DNA from: Candidatus Shapirobacteria bacterium
GTDB taxonomy: Bacteria > Patescibacteriota > Microgenomatia > UBA12405
Length of the DNA stretch: 64,000 nucleotides
Reading direction: 5' to 3'
Assembly (NCBI GenBank): GCA_041649835.1
Contig: JBAZML010000002.1
Coordinates: 3,318-67,317 of the forward strand
This document shows positions 45,637 to 54,222 of the stretch, piece after piece. Both the position numbers and the translations under genes were made by a program. The notes beneath the pieces are model-generated. The model had not been told where the DNA came from. It searched no databases and saw only the letters and a program-made list of their open reading frames with translations. Within the stretch, counting starts at the first letter, position 1. Every line of letters begins with the position of its first letter.

Positions 45637-46860
45637 ATGTCTTTAAAAAATGTTTATTTTGCTTTAGAGGAAATTGCCGCGGAACCTTCCACAAACGCTA
45701 AACAAATTTTAATTCAAAAATATCTGAATACTCCGTACTTTAAAGAAGTGGTTTATTTTACATATAATCCATTTTTAAAATATAAAATCTCTGAAGTTAC
45801 GTATACTGCATATAACCCATCTGGGTCTCCTGCAGATATTTTCAGTGTGTTAAGGCGCTTATCTGAGCAACGTGGAGCAAATAATCAAGATCGCAATGGA
45901 CTATCTAGAATAGCGTCTATTGATCCAGAAACAGTATCTGTGGTAAATAGAATTCTCAAGAGTGATTTGCGCTGTGGAGCTGGAACAACTTTATTTAGGA
46001 AGTTTATACCAGAAATTCCTAAACACGAGACAATGCTTTGTGGTAAAGATTTTGATAAATTCATGAAGTTAGCAGGGTCTTATGATAATGTAGTTGGATC
46101 TATAAAACAAGATGGTGTAAGAACTTGGGCCATCGTAGATAAACTTAGACAAAATGTAAAATACTTATCTCGTAACGGGAAAGAGTTTATTAATTTTGAT
46201 GTCTTTGACGAAGTTTTTATCGAATTTGCAAAGAAAGTCTATGATAATCAAGACGATTATGTTATTCTTGATGGAGAAGTCGTTACTAAAGACAAAAACT
46301 TTCAAAAAGTACTAACACAATTTAGTAGACATACTGGAGTCCAAAAAGATCTTTTTGAATTCAGAATCTTTGATATTGTTAATGATTTACCGTTTTATGC
46401 TAGATACGAACTATTAACTAAGCATTTTGAACTCGATACTAATCCAGATCATCCTCCTGTATGTTTGGTTCACCACTTTAGAAACTTCAAATCTAAAAAA
46501 GAAATTTATGATCTTCTTGATAAAGTTGCAGGAGAAGGTGAAGAAGGTTTAGTAATTAAAACCTTTAATGGCCCCTATGAGATGAAAAGATCTAATCATT
46601 GGTGTAAACTGAAATTAACTTACACTGAAGATTTACCAGTCTTACGTTTTGAATATGGCACTGGTAAGTATAAGAATTTACTTGGGGCTCTTATTTGCGA
46701 CAGAAATGGTGTAGAAGTACGGGTAGGCTCTGGGTATGATGACCAAGAAAGAGTTGATCTACTTAATATACCTTCTATGATAGAAGTCAAATTCAAAAAT
46801 GTTACAGATGATGGTTCACTAAGAGAACCTATCTTTGTTAGGGTAAGAGAGGACAAATGA
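45637..46860 (+). CDS. ATP-dependent DNA ligase
   Basis: Nucleotidyltransferase motifs I KQDGVR, III ILDGEVV, IV EGLVIK, V WCKLK. Confidence 0.8.
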   Translation: MSLKNVYFALEEIAAEPSTNAKQILIQKYLNTPYFKEVVYFTYNPFLKYKISEVTYTAYNPSGSPADIFSVLRRLSEQRGANNQDRNGLSRIASIDPETVSVVNRILKSDLRCGAGTTLFRKFIPEIPKHETMLCGKDFDKFMKLAGSYDNVVGSIKQDGVRTWAIVDKLRQNVKYLSRNGKEFINFDVFDEVFIEFAKKVYDNQDDYVILDGEVVTKDKNFQKVLTQFSRHTGVQKDLFEFRIFDIVNDLPFYARYELLTKHFELDTNPDHPPVCLVHHFRNFKSKKEIYDLLDKVAGEGEEGLVIKTFNGPYEMKRSNHWCKLKLTYTEDLPVLRFEYGTGKYKNLLGALICDRNGVEVRVGSGYDDQERVDLLNIPSMIEVKFKNVTDDGSLREPIFVRVREDK

Positions 46861-47170
46861 TCTGGATACTATGTCCTATAGTCTCATTAATTTATTTCTT
46901 TTATATTTTTAGTTACAAAGAATCTGCTCCAGCAAGTTGGGAGAAATAAATTAATAGCCGAGAACTTAAATCTTCTGAGGAATGGCAAAAACAATTTGAA
47001 CATTTAATTTATGTTATGGACCCTGATGGATGGGATCGGCATAACTATGATTATTCTTGGTATGACGAGAAAATTACAAAAGATGAATTCTTTGGTAGAG
47101 TTACTTCTTCTACATGTATATTTAAGGTATCTCCTATGGAACTTTATGATATGTTAACTTCTGGTGAAAT

Positions 47171-47761
47171 ATGAAAATTGGATTCGATTTTGACGCAGTG
47201 CTTGTAAACTCAGCTTTGGTTCTCTGTGATATATTATCGCAGACACTTAATAGATTAGTGTTACCTGAAGAAATATGTCTCTACGACATCCAAAAAGGTT
47301 TTCCGCAGTTATCAGACAAAGACATTATTCATGTAATAGACTCCTTAGTAAATATGGACAACACATTTAAAATTCCTCCATATCCTGGGGCCTTAGATTT
47401 TCTTAGGTGGTATGGAAAATCAAACCTAGAAATTATAATCATCACTAATAGAGTAGACCTAACTCCGGTATCTGTATATCTAGAATCTAACTTAGATAAA
47501 AAGACTTTTGAAAAAATTAGACTCTTTTATTCTAAAGAAAAAGGTCCATTATCCAGAGCGTTGGGTCTAAAATATTTCATTGAGGATAGATTTCAAAACA
47601 TTGTAAATTTAGCTAATCATGGCGTAGTTCCCATAATCTTTAAACAAAATTGGAATAAAAATCGAATCTCCCAAAAAAGTAATTTATTTGATTTGTGTGT
47701 ATTTGTTGATTCATGGGAGGACATATATAATTTTGTTGGGTGTGAGTTTTTTGGGTATTAG
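47171..47761 (+). CDS. HAD-superfamily hydrolase, 5'(3')-deoxyribonucleotidase-like
   Basis: N-terminal IGFDFDAVL (DxDx[TV] motif I). Confidence 0.45.
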   Translation: MKIGFDFDAVLVNSALVLCDILSQTLNRLVLPEEICLYDIQKGFPQLSDKDIIHVIDSLVNMDNTFKIPPYPGALDFLRWYGKSNLEIIIITNRVDLTPVSVYLESNLDKKTFEKIRLFYSKEKGPLSRALGLKYFIEDRFQNIVNLANHGVVPIIFKQNWNKNRISQKSNLFDLCVFVDSWEDIYNFVGCEFFGY

Positions 47762-47763
47762 CG

Positions 47764-47813
47764 GTTTCAGAAATCTTCTAAGCATGTTATAATAAATTAA
47801 AACCTTGGAGGTA
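47764..47813 (+). promoter_or_regulatory. early/middle promoter cassette: GTTTCAGAA-N17-TGTTATAAT-AAATTAAAACCTTGGAGG
   Basis: Consensus copy before ATG 47819. Confidence 0.6.
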
Positions 47814-47818
47814 TAGTC

Positions 47819-48259
47819 ATGGGTTACTGTATGGATCAAAAAGATGCTCAATTTTATATCCCCAAAAGAAATTATAATAAAGTTATTGAAGCCATTAAAG
47901 CTACAGCCAATGATACTTCTAAAATGGGAGGCGGATCTTACCAGGGCGGCAGAACCATTTCCAAATGGTTTGGTTTTGTTGATATGAATTATGTTAACCT
48001 CGGCAATCTTAAAGAAATTTTTGAGTGTTGGCGGTGGATAATTAAGGAAGATGTGCTTGGAATATGCGGAATAGAGTTTATGGGAGAAAAGGCCGGAGAT
48101 GATAAAGTTTTATTCCAAGCAATTGCCCCGTATGTTAAATCTGGAAGCAACATTCAAATGGTAGGAGAGGATGGGGCTGCTTGGAGATGGTATTTTAATG
48201 GAACTGATTGTGTTTATCAACATGGTAAAGTAACCTATATGAGGAGGTATAAATCATGA
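47819..48259 (+). CDS. hypothetical protein
   Basis: 146 aa. Confidence 0.35.
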   Translation: MGYCMDQKDAQFYIPKRNYNKVIEAIKATANDTSKMGGGSYQGGRTISKWFGFVDMNYVNLGNLKEIFECWRWIIKEDVLGICGIEFMGEKAGDDKVLFQAIAPYVKSGSNIQMVGEDGAAWRWYFNGTDCVYQHGKVTYMRRYKS

Positions 48260-48441
48260 AAAAGGTAAAACTTAAGGTGACTATAACTTTTGAGTTTGAT
48301 GCAAATCCTAAATACTATGGCACAGATGTTCCTGCAGAAATGGCAAAAATTGATCAAGAACAATTTTATGAAAACCCAGATATTCTGTCGGAAATGATTA
48401 TCACCGATGAGTACATGGTAAAAGTAGAACCTATAGAATAA
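48256..48441 (+). CDS. hypothetical small protein
   Basis: ATGA overlap. Confidence 0.3.
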   Translation: MKKVKLKVTITFEFDANPKYYGTDVPAEMAKIDQEQFYENPDILSEMIITDEYMVKVEPIE

Positions 48442-48450
48442 GGGGGTTAA

Positions 48451-48669
48451 TTGATGTCTTTAGATACTGTTAAAACTATTATGTGGTGGAGTTTTTGGAT
48501 AGTGTTTTTTAATTTAATAATTTTCATAGGAACTGTGCTCGGTGCAATATATTGTCATAAAGCTCTTACGTGGTTGTGCGCGTTTGAGAGTTCTATCTTT
48601 TTATTCGCTGGAGGTATTTTTTATGTTTGCCAAAATTATATTGTGAAAAAGGCGGAGAAAAATTTATGA
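48451..48669 (+). CDS. small membrane protein
   Basis: Two hydrophobic helices. Confidence 0.3.
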   Translation: MMSLDTVKTIMWWSFWIVFFNLIIFIGTVLGAIYCHKALTWLCAFESSIFLFAGGIFYVCQNYIVKKAEKNL

Positions 48670-48887
48670 CCCCTTGGGAATATCTTAAGTTACCTTATTC
48701 ATTTTGTTTTGTATATGATAATGGAAACTATACTAGCTATGTTAGGGAGTTTCCAGGTTGCGTAGCTGAAGGAGATGGATTAGAGGAAACCTGGATTGCT
48801 CTTCATGGAGCTGCTTACGATTGTATTGAAGCTACTTTAGACTTGGGACAAGAAATACCTGAACCTTTAACTACGGTGTGGAAATGA
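48666..48887 (+). CDS. hypothetical protein
   Basis: ATG 48666 with GGAG RBS (ORF-track start 48627 overlaps the previous gene). Confidence 0.3.
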   Translation: MTPWEYLKLPYSFCFVYDNGNYTSYVREFPGCVAEGDGLEETWIALHGAAYDCIEATLDLGQEIPEPLTTVWK

Positions 48888-49000
48888 AAATGACTTGTCC
48901 AAATTGTAAAGAAAGGCGAATATCTAAAGCCGAAACTAGCAAATTCATTGTTTTCCAATGTGATGACTGTGGAGCTAAGTGGGCTACAGAGCGAAAGTAA
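48884..49000 (+). CDS. small zinc-ribbon protein (38 aa)
   Basis: CPNCKE...CDDCGAKW. Confidence 0.3.
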   Translation: MKMTCPNCKERRISKAETSKFIVFQCDDCGAKWATERK

Positions 49001-49023
49001 AAATAATTAAGGAGAAACAAATT

Positions 49024-49293
49024 ATGTTAATGACACCTGAAAATGAAAATTGGGATGAATTTTGCGCCATTCTAGAAGGCCCAGAAGGCTGTGATTTTAA
49101 AGAGGATGAAAATGGCAAAATTACATGGAAATGCGATAGTAGTATGAGTAGGCCGCTAGCTATTAAAATTCTTGCAGAATATTTTCCGGAAATAAACATT
49201 AAAGGTTCATTAGAATATTTCAATGAACACGGCGGTCTTTGTGATTGCGAAATTCTGTTTAATGTGGAAAACCATGGACTTTATTTCCTCTAA
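49024..49293 (+). CDS. hypothetical protein
   Basis: AAGGAG RBS then ATG 49024. Confidence 0.3.
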   Translation: MLMTPENENWDEFCAILEGPEGCDFKEDENGKITWKCDSSMSRPLAIKILAEYFPEINIKGSLEYFNEHGGLCDCEILFNVENHGLYFL

Positions 49294-49405
49294 CAGAATT
49301 AGGTAAATTAGATAACAAAGTAGTTGCTTTAGAATATTCCTTGCTTAAATGGAGGATATGTTGTGTTGCTCTTGTAATATCCTTGACTATCTATTTGGGG
49401 GTTAA

Positions 49406-49600
49406 ATGTTGATGAGAAAAGACCCTGTATTTAATTATTATTGTTATGGCGGGACCATGGTTAAACGAATAGATCTTAAACTGGCGGAACAAACATATCA
49501 ATGTCCTCACGCTTGGGATACAGAAGGTGGATTTCCGGCTTGTAAAACTTGTAACGGTAAATTAGAGGGAACAGTTCCTATAACAATAAAATATGTGTAG
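49406..49600 (+). CDS. small Cys-containing protein
   Basis: CPHAWD...CKTCNG. Confidence 0.3.
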   Translation: MLMRKDPVFNYYCYGGTMVKRIDLKLAEQTYQCPHAWDTEGGFPACKTCNGKLEGTVPITIKYV

Positions 49601-49720
49601 AGGAGATAGAATGATGAACAGGAAAGCTGCTACAAAGTTTGACATCATTTCAGGACAAGCCAACACCCCCGCCAAAGCAATCCTAACCGCAGCGTGGGCG
49701 GCGTTGGAAGGAGGGAAGTG

Positions 49721-50164
49721 ATGGAACCCTGTAGAATTTGCGGTGCAGCGGAATATACAGCCAGTTATGGCGGGCCAGGTATATGCCCTAAGTGTGACTG
49801 CGGTGTATTCGATGCAAATGTTATGGCATGGAACAATAACAAGTTATCAACCGAACTCGCCGCCCTCAAAGAAGTTTTAGATGATAAAAGGCGGTTAACC
49901 AGAGAAATTGACGTTATTTTGAATGGAGAAAATGCGGCTAAACAGGCAAGCCTTTGTGACCTGATAGGCCAAATAAAAGAACTAGCCACTCTCCAGGGTC
50001 TGGTGCGGGAGATGGGAGCGGTTCTTGATAAAGTGGCAAATCATAAATGTTGTGAAATAGTAACGGTTGCTAATGGAGAAACTAAAGTTTCAAGGTATGC
50101 AAGAATAGCTACACAAATCCTCAACCGCCCCGAAGTTAAGGCGGTTCTTGAAGGAGGGAAGTAA
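49721..50164 (+). CDS. hypothetical protein with N-terminal zinc ribbon
   Basis: GGAGGG RBS; CRICGA...CPKCDCG; C-terminus ...AVLEGGK shared with upstream 36-aa ORF. Confidence 0.35.
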   Translation: MEPCRICGAAEYTASYGGPGICPKCDCGVFDANVMAWNNNKLSTELAALKEVLDDKRRLTREIDVILNGENAAKQASLCDLIGQIKELATLQGLVREMGAVLDKVANHKCCEIVTVANGETKVSRYARIATQILNRPEVKAVLEGGK

Positions 50165-50319
50165 TGCTTCCAACCCTAAATGCTGCTCTTCTTGCTGGGT
50201 CAGTCTTATTTTTTGGGATATTTTTAGCAGGAATGAAGACATCTAAAAGTGCCCCAATCGGTAATTTATTCTTATTATTAGCCTACCTATGCTTATTTTT
50301 TGGGTTGGCATCGAAATAA
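50164..50319 (+). CDS. small membrane protein (51 aa)
   Basis: Same GAAGGAGGGAAGT RBS cassette as previous gene; two hydrophobic helices. Confidence 0.3.
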   Translation: MLPTLNAALLAGSVLFFGIFLAGMKTSKSAPIGNLFLLLAYLCLFFGLASK

Positions 50320-50549
50320 AAAGGAGGGTGAGTGATGGATGATAAGTGTCCGTTTTGTGGGGCTGAGGCCCAATCATTGAGTGATCAAATAAAGCCACGG
50401 TTTGAACGCTCCGCCCTCAAGAAACTAGTCAAGGAGATGGGGAAGTGACTGTGCTTTATTTATTAGGGGGTTTATTTTTATTAGGACTAGCCATAATGAT
50501 CCTAGATTTTACAAACCATTATAATGGTGGTAGATAAGGAAAATTCGAA

Positions 50550-50813
50550 ATGAGTGAATGCCTATCCTGCGGAAGCTGTTGTAATGAAATCTCTCCGTTT
50601 GGAAATCCTTGTCCATATGTTAAGGAAGTAGAACCTGGATTATTTTTGTGTTCAATCTATTCCAAAAAACCTAAGGTCTGTAGAGACCATACTTTTGATG
50701 GAAGATGGTGTCCTATTGGGTTGTCTATTTTAAAGCCTGAACGGCTGTCAGATTTACACAGAAGAAGTGACAGGATTTATAAATTAGTTACTAAACAATT
50801 TAAGGAGTTTTAA
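50550..50813 (+). CDS. YkgJ-family CxxCxxCC cysteine-cluster (zinc/iron-chelating) protein
   Basis: CLSCGSCC...C...C pattern. Confidence 0.4.
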   Translation: MSECLSCGSCCNEISPFGNPCPYVKEVEPGLFLCSIYSKKPKVCRDHTFDGRWCPIGLSILKPERLSDLHRRSDRIYKLVTKQFKEF

Positions 50814-50814
50814 A

Positions 50815-51039
50815 ATGGGCGTAGATTGGGATTATTCTAAAGAAGGCGGCGGAAAAAAATTTAAAGATAGATATGTACTTGGCGAAGGAATACCTAATTT
50901 TACATCAAACGGCAAAGGTATATCACTATATAACTATGAAAAATATGGAAGTTTAATAAACCTATCAGTGCCAAAAGGATTAGCTCTACCGCGTATTAAC
51001 GGACTAATCTATAGATTAGTTCTTGAAAGAGTACGTTAA
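50815..51039 (+). CDS. hypothetical small protein
   Basis: 74 aa. Confidence 0.3.
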   Translation: MGVDWDYSKEGGGKKFKDRYVLGEGIPNFTSNGKGISLYNYEKYGSLINLSVPKGLALPRINGLIYRLVLERVR

Positions 51040-51040
51040 G

Positions 51041-51625
51041 ATGGAACACAAATTATACATAGAAATCAAACCTTCAAAGCATATAAAATATGATCCTGAC
51101 CAGTTATTTGAAACGATATTGTATTTCTGTTGGCAGAAATTAAAACACTTTGATCATGAAGACCTCCCAGAAATCTATATTGAAATTGGAACTAAGGACG
51201 CAGAGAAACTTAAACACAATGGATACTTTGATGTAGTTGGTGATGACTTAACTTATATCTGTTTATCTACTAAGAAATTGAAGACTGATAAATACCGGTA
51301 TAAGGACGGTTTAAAGAGTTTACTCCAAATGTTTCTTCATGAATTTTACCATATGCGTACATGCATAGAAACTTATTTGGAAAGTGATAGATCCATATCA
51401 TTATATGATTGGCAACATGAAAGGTATGTTAATTGCCAACAGGAATGCGATGATATGCTTAAGTTGGGAATAGATGAAGATTTAGTATATTGGTATTCTA
51501 AAGAGGAGATGGAGGCAGAAGCCTTCTCATTTGAAAATTTAGCATATATAGAAAATTTATACGGATACGGTGGATTGGTCATACCGCCGGATGCATTTGA
51601 AATGATACCAAAAATAATTAAATAG
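51041..51625 (+). CDS. hypothetical protein with HExxH (LHEFYHM) metallopeptidase-like motif
   Basis: Single HEFYH motif; no further support. Confidence 0.3.
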   Translation: MEHKLYIEIKPSKHIKYDPDQLFETILYFCWQKLKHFDHEDLPEIYIEIGTKDAEKLKHNGYFDVVGDDLTYICLSTKKLKTDKYRYKDGLKSLLQMFLHEFYHMRTCIETYLESDRSISLYDWQHERYVNCQQECDDMLKLGIDEDLVYWYSKEEMEAEAFSFENLAYIENLYGYGGLVIPPDAFEMIPKIIK

Positions 51626-51639
51626 TAAAGGGGAGAAAA

Positions 51640-52227
51640 ATGACAGCCTTTACCATAGATAAAATAGGAAAAGAACAAGATAAGATATTAATGAATATTG
51701 AAAAAGGGTCAGAACCTTATTTAACAGAAAAGAAACTCGGTAATATACTTCAAGTTCTATTTCCACATAGCACCATAATATACGATCGGCTATTAAGTAA
51801 AGAGATAAAACTAAGACCTGATTATTTGATAAAAGAAGAAAGATTAATTGTAGAATTTCAGGGGAGTCAGCATTATACTAAAGGATTTCAAGTATTTAAA
51901 GACTCTGAAAGAATTACTATTTTTGAGTCTTTAGGTTTTAAGGTTATTGAAATTCCATATTTTATTCAGCCAACAAAAGATATTTTAAGTCTCTTATTTG
52001 GTGATTATACTGGTGTTGAACCAGAGGATATGTCTAATGAGTATGAATGTGGCTTTATCCACCCACTATCTTTGTCTTTTGGAGATTTTTGTAGTTCAGG
52101 CTTAAATAAAGCAGAAAATTTTATAAAATCACTTCCAGTAAAAGAACATAATGACATCTTAAGAAGCATGGAAAAAAGAGCGGAAATAAACAAAATACCT
52201 ATTGAATTCTATAATCCCCTATCTTAG
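51640..52227 (+). CDS. DUF559/Vsr-like restriction-endonuclease-fold protein
   Basis: RPDYLIKEERLIVEFQGSQHY...GFKVIEIPYF resembles rpDF...liiEvDG..H..(R)..G..V.R of DUF559. Confidence 0.4.
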   Translation: MTAFTIDKIGKEQDKILMNIEKGSEPYLTEKKLGNILQVLFPHSTIIYDRLLSKEIKLRPDYLIKEERLIVEFQGSQHYTKGFQVFKDSERITIFESLGFKVIEIPYFIQPTKDILSLLFGDYTGVEPEDMSNEYECGFIHPLSLSFGDFCSSGLNKAENFIKSLPVKEHNDILRSMEKRAEINKIPIEFYNPLS

Positions 52228-52240
52228 CAATCTATATTCT

Positions 52241-52861
52241 TTAATCGCCTCTAAGACACCCTCTTTCAATCCTAGTTTTACTTATTTTTGCTCTAGTTTC
52301 TGTGGTTACTTCATGCCCCATTTTAGATTCAGACATTTTTTTGATGCTTTCTGGACTATGGACCCTAGTTCTACATTTAGAACAGGGTTCTTTCCTTGTA
52401 TTAAATTTATGTATATTAGTTTCATATGAATGACCATTAGGACATTTAACATTAAAAGATATTCCGTCATATTCATTATCCAAGAGAATAGATCCGGTTT
52501 GCTCTACGAGTAGTTTTAATTTTTCATAGGTTACAGTATTATGGACAACACGTTCTTCTACAGGTATTTTATCCCAAGCAGCTTTCCTAGCTTTTGATAA
52601 GGACTTACCAGTTTTTTCTCTATATTCAGGATTTTGCCAATTTTTCTTGCTATTAGCTGAATGTTTAGCTTTGGTCTCAGGTAAATTGGCTGAGCGTTTA
52701 TTTCTGCAAGTTCTACAAAGTTTCAAATCACCTTGTTTAATATAATTTTTATATACTTGTAAAACCTCAATTTCACAATGTTCACAAGTAAACCAGACCT
52801 TCTTACCACTACCTCTGGTCAATTTTTCTAATGGTGTACCGTCTTCAGTTCTAAGTAACAT
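52241..52861 (-). CDS. HNH-type homing endonuclease with NUMOD3 DNA-binding repeats
   Basis: CEHC...N...LKLCRTCRNKR (HNH-like Cys box) followed by three NUMOD3-like repeats (HSPESIKKMSESKMG; TTETRAKISKTRIERG). Confidence 0.55.
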   Translation of the reverse strand: MLLRTEDGTPLEKLTRGSGKKVWFTCEHCEIEVLQVYKNYIKQGDLKLCRTCRNKRSANLPETKAKHSANSKKNWQNPEYREKTGKSLSKARKAAWDKIPVEERVVHNTVTYEKLKLLVEQTGSILLDNEYDGISFNVKCPNGHSYETNIHKFNTRKEPCSKCRTRVHSPESIKKMSESKMGHEVTTETRAKISKTRIERGCLRGD

Positions 52862-52882
52862 GTTATGTACCTCCTTATAGTC

Positions 52883-52890
52883 TATTTATA
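52883..52890 (-). promoter_or_regulatory. T4-type late promoter motif TATAAATA upstream of the homing endonuclease gene
   Basis: tatttata on plus strand ~22 nt upstream of ATG; GGAGG RBS between. Confidence 0.4.
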
Positions 52891-53004
52891 ACATATCTAT
52901 GGAAAATGTAAACTAAGGAATATGAACAAAGAAAAAGCCTCCAGGTGAACTTTTCTTAACTCACTTAGAGGCTTAGGGTGCTTGTAACTAGTTAATATTA
53001 AACG

Positions 53005-54210
53005 CTAATCGGTAAAGTTATCGACCTTAACCCATCTGTAATAGAGCGCTGAGCCAAAGATATGTTCATGGATCCCATATCTCGACATAAGCCCGATAGT
53101 AGGATTGAAGGAATCTTCGAAAGTAGCTCTACTTGCCATTAGAGAAATATAAGGCAGATAGATAATACCAGTGTCATATGCGGAAGGACCCTTGTAACCT
53201 ACCAAGAAGCCGACTTCATCAGCAAATGTATCACGATAAACAGAGATTCTACCGTCTAGAGTACCAAGTCTTGCGACCCCAGTGGGGGCAGTATTTACGT
53301 CACCGGCAACGGGCCAAATAGTAAAGGCGGAAGTTGCTTCGAAAATGGCGCAAACAGTAGGATGACAGACGACCCAATTACCAGCCCCTCTACGAGTAGT
53401 AATGGCAATGTCATTAGACCTACGGATAAGCATATTGAACAAGGAACGATAACGTTCTCCATCCCATCTGCCATCAGCAGTTAGGTAATTCCAACCAGAG
53501 CTTGTAGTAGCAGAAGCAGTGGCTGAGGTATGAATAGCCGCGATAAGTTCACGATCGATTTCCTGAGTAATTTCATAACTCAGAATATCCATCATTTCAC
53601 CTTCAAGATCTAGACCGTGCATGGCTTTAAGATCTTGTGCTACTTCCTGAGACCAACGAGCACGAAGCTTACGAGTCTTGGCTTCTACTTGGGCCTTTTC
53701 AAGAGTCATGTTGACTTCTTTGATATGAGACCCAGTACCGATACCAATACCATAATCACTTCCTACGCCAGAACCAGCCTTAGAACCAAGAGCTTCCTGA
53801 GCTGAAGTAGTAGCAGAATAGGTGTAATCCTTATCTACTGTGTTATAGCCGATTTCCTGACCATGGGCCACGGAATTATAAGTCTGGCCAGCACGATAGC
53901 GCAGTGCAAAAGCTAGGCCTACGGGGCCGGTCATTGGTTGTACGCCAACTAGATCATGGGCAACCAATTCAGGAAAGGTTCTACGTACCATAGGAATAGC
54001 GATTTGATAAAAATCGCCATTGGTGGAATAAGAACCACTGCGATTAAAAGTAGCTTCAATGTTGGAACCAGATTCGTTTAATTGTGTGGTCATCCATTTT
54101 TCCTGGTTTTCCAGCATAATGGCAGTAGCATTTTTAACTTTCTGGGATTTAATGGGATTGCCTTCGTTAAGAATTTCTTCCCACTTTTTAACGGTTTCTT
54201 TAATGTTCAT
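53005..54210 (-). CDS. major capsid protein, T4 gp23-like
   Basis: ENQEKW, GVQPMTGPVGLAFALRY, VGYKGPSAYDTGIIYLPYISL, RYGI align with T4 gp23 (ENQEKDF, GVQPMNSPTGQVFALRA, VGYKGPNEMDAGIYYAPYVAL, RYGIG). Confidence 0.85.
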   Translation of the reverse strand: MNIKETVKKWEEILNEGNPIKSQKVKNATAIMLENQEKWMTTQLNESGSNIEATFNRSGSYSTNGDFYQIAIPMVRRTFPELVAHDLVGVQPMTGPVGLAFALRYRAGQTYNSVAHGQEIGYNTVDKDYTYSATTSAQEALGSKAGSGVGSDYGIGIGTGSHIKEVNMTLEKAQVEAKTRKLRARWSQEVAQDLKAMHGLDLEGEMMDILSYEITQEIDRELIAAIHTSATASATTSSGWNYLTADGRWDGERYRSLFNMLIRRSNDIAITTRRGAGNWVVCHPTVCAIFEATSAFTIWPVAGDVNTAPTGVARLGTLDGRISVYRDTFADEVGFLVGYKGPSAYDTGIIYLPYISLMASRATFEDSFNPTIGLMSRYGIHEHIFGSALYYRWVKVDNFTD

Positions 54211-54222
54211 TAAGTTCTCTCC

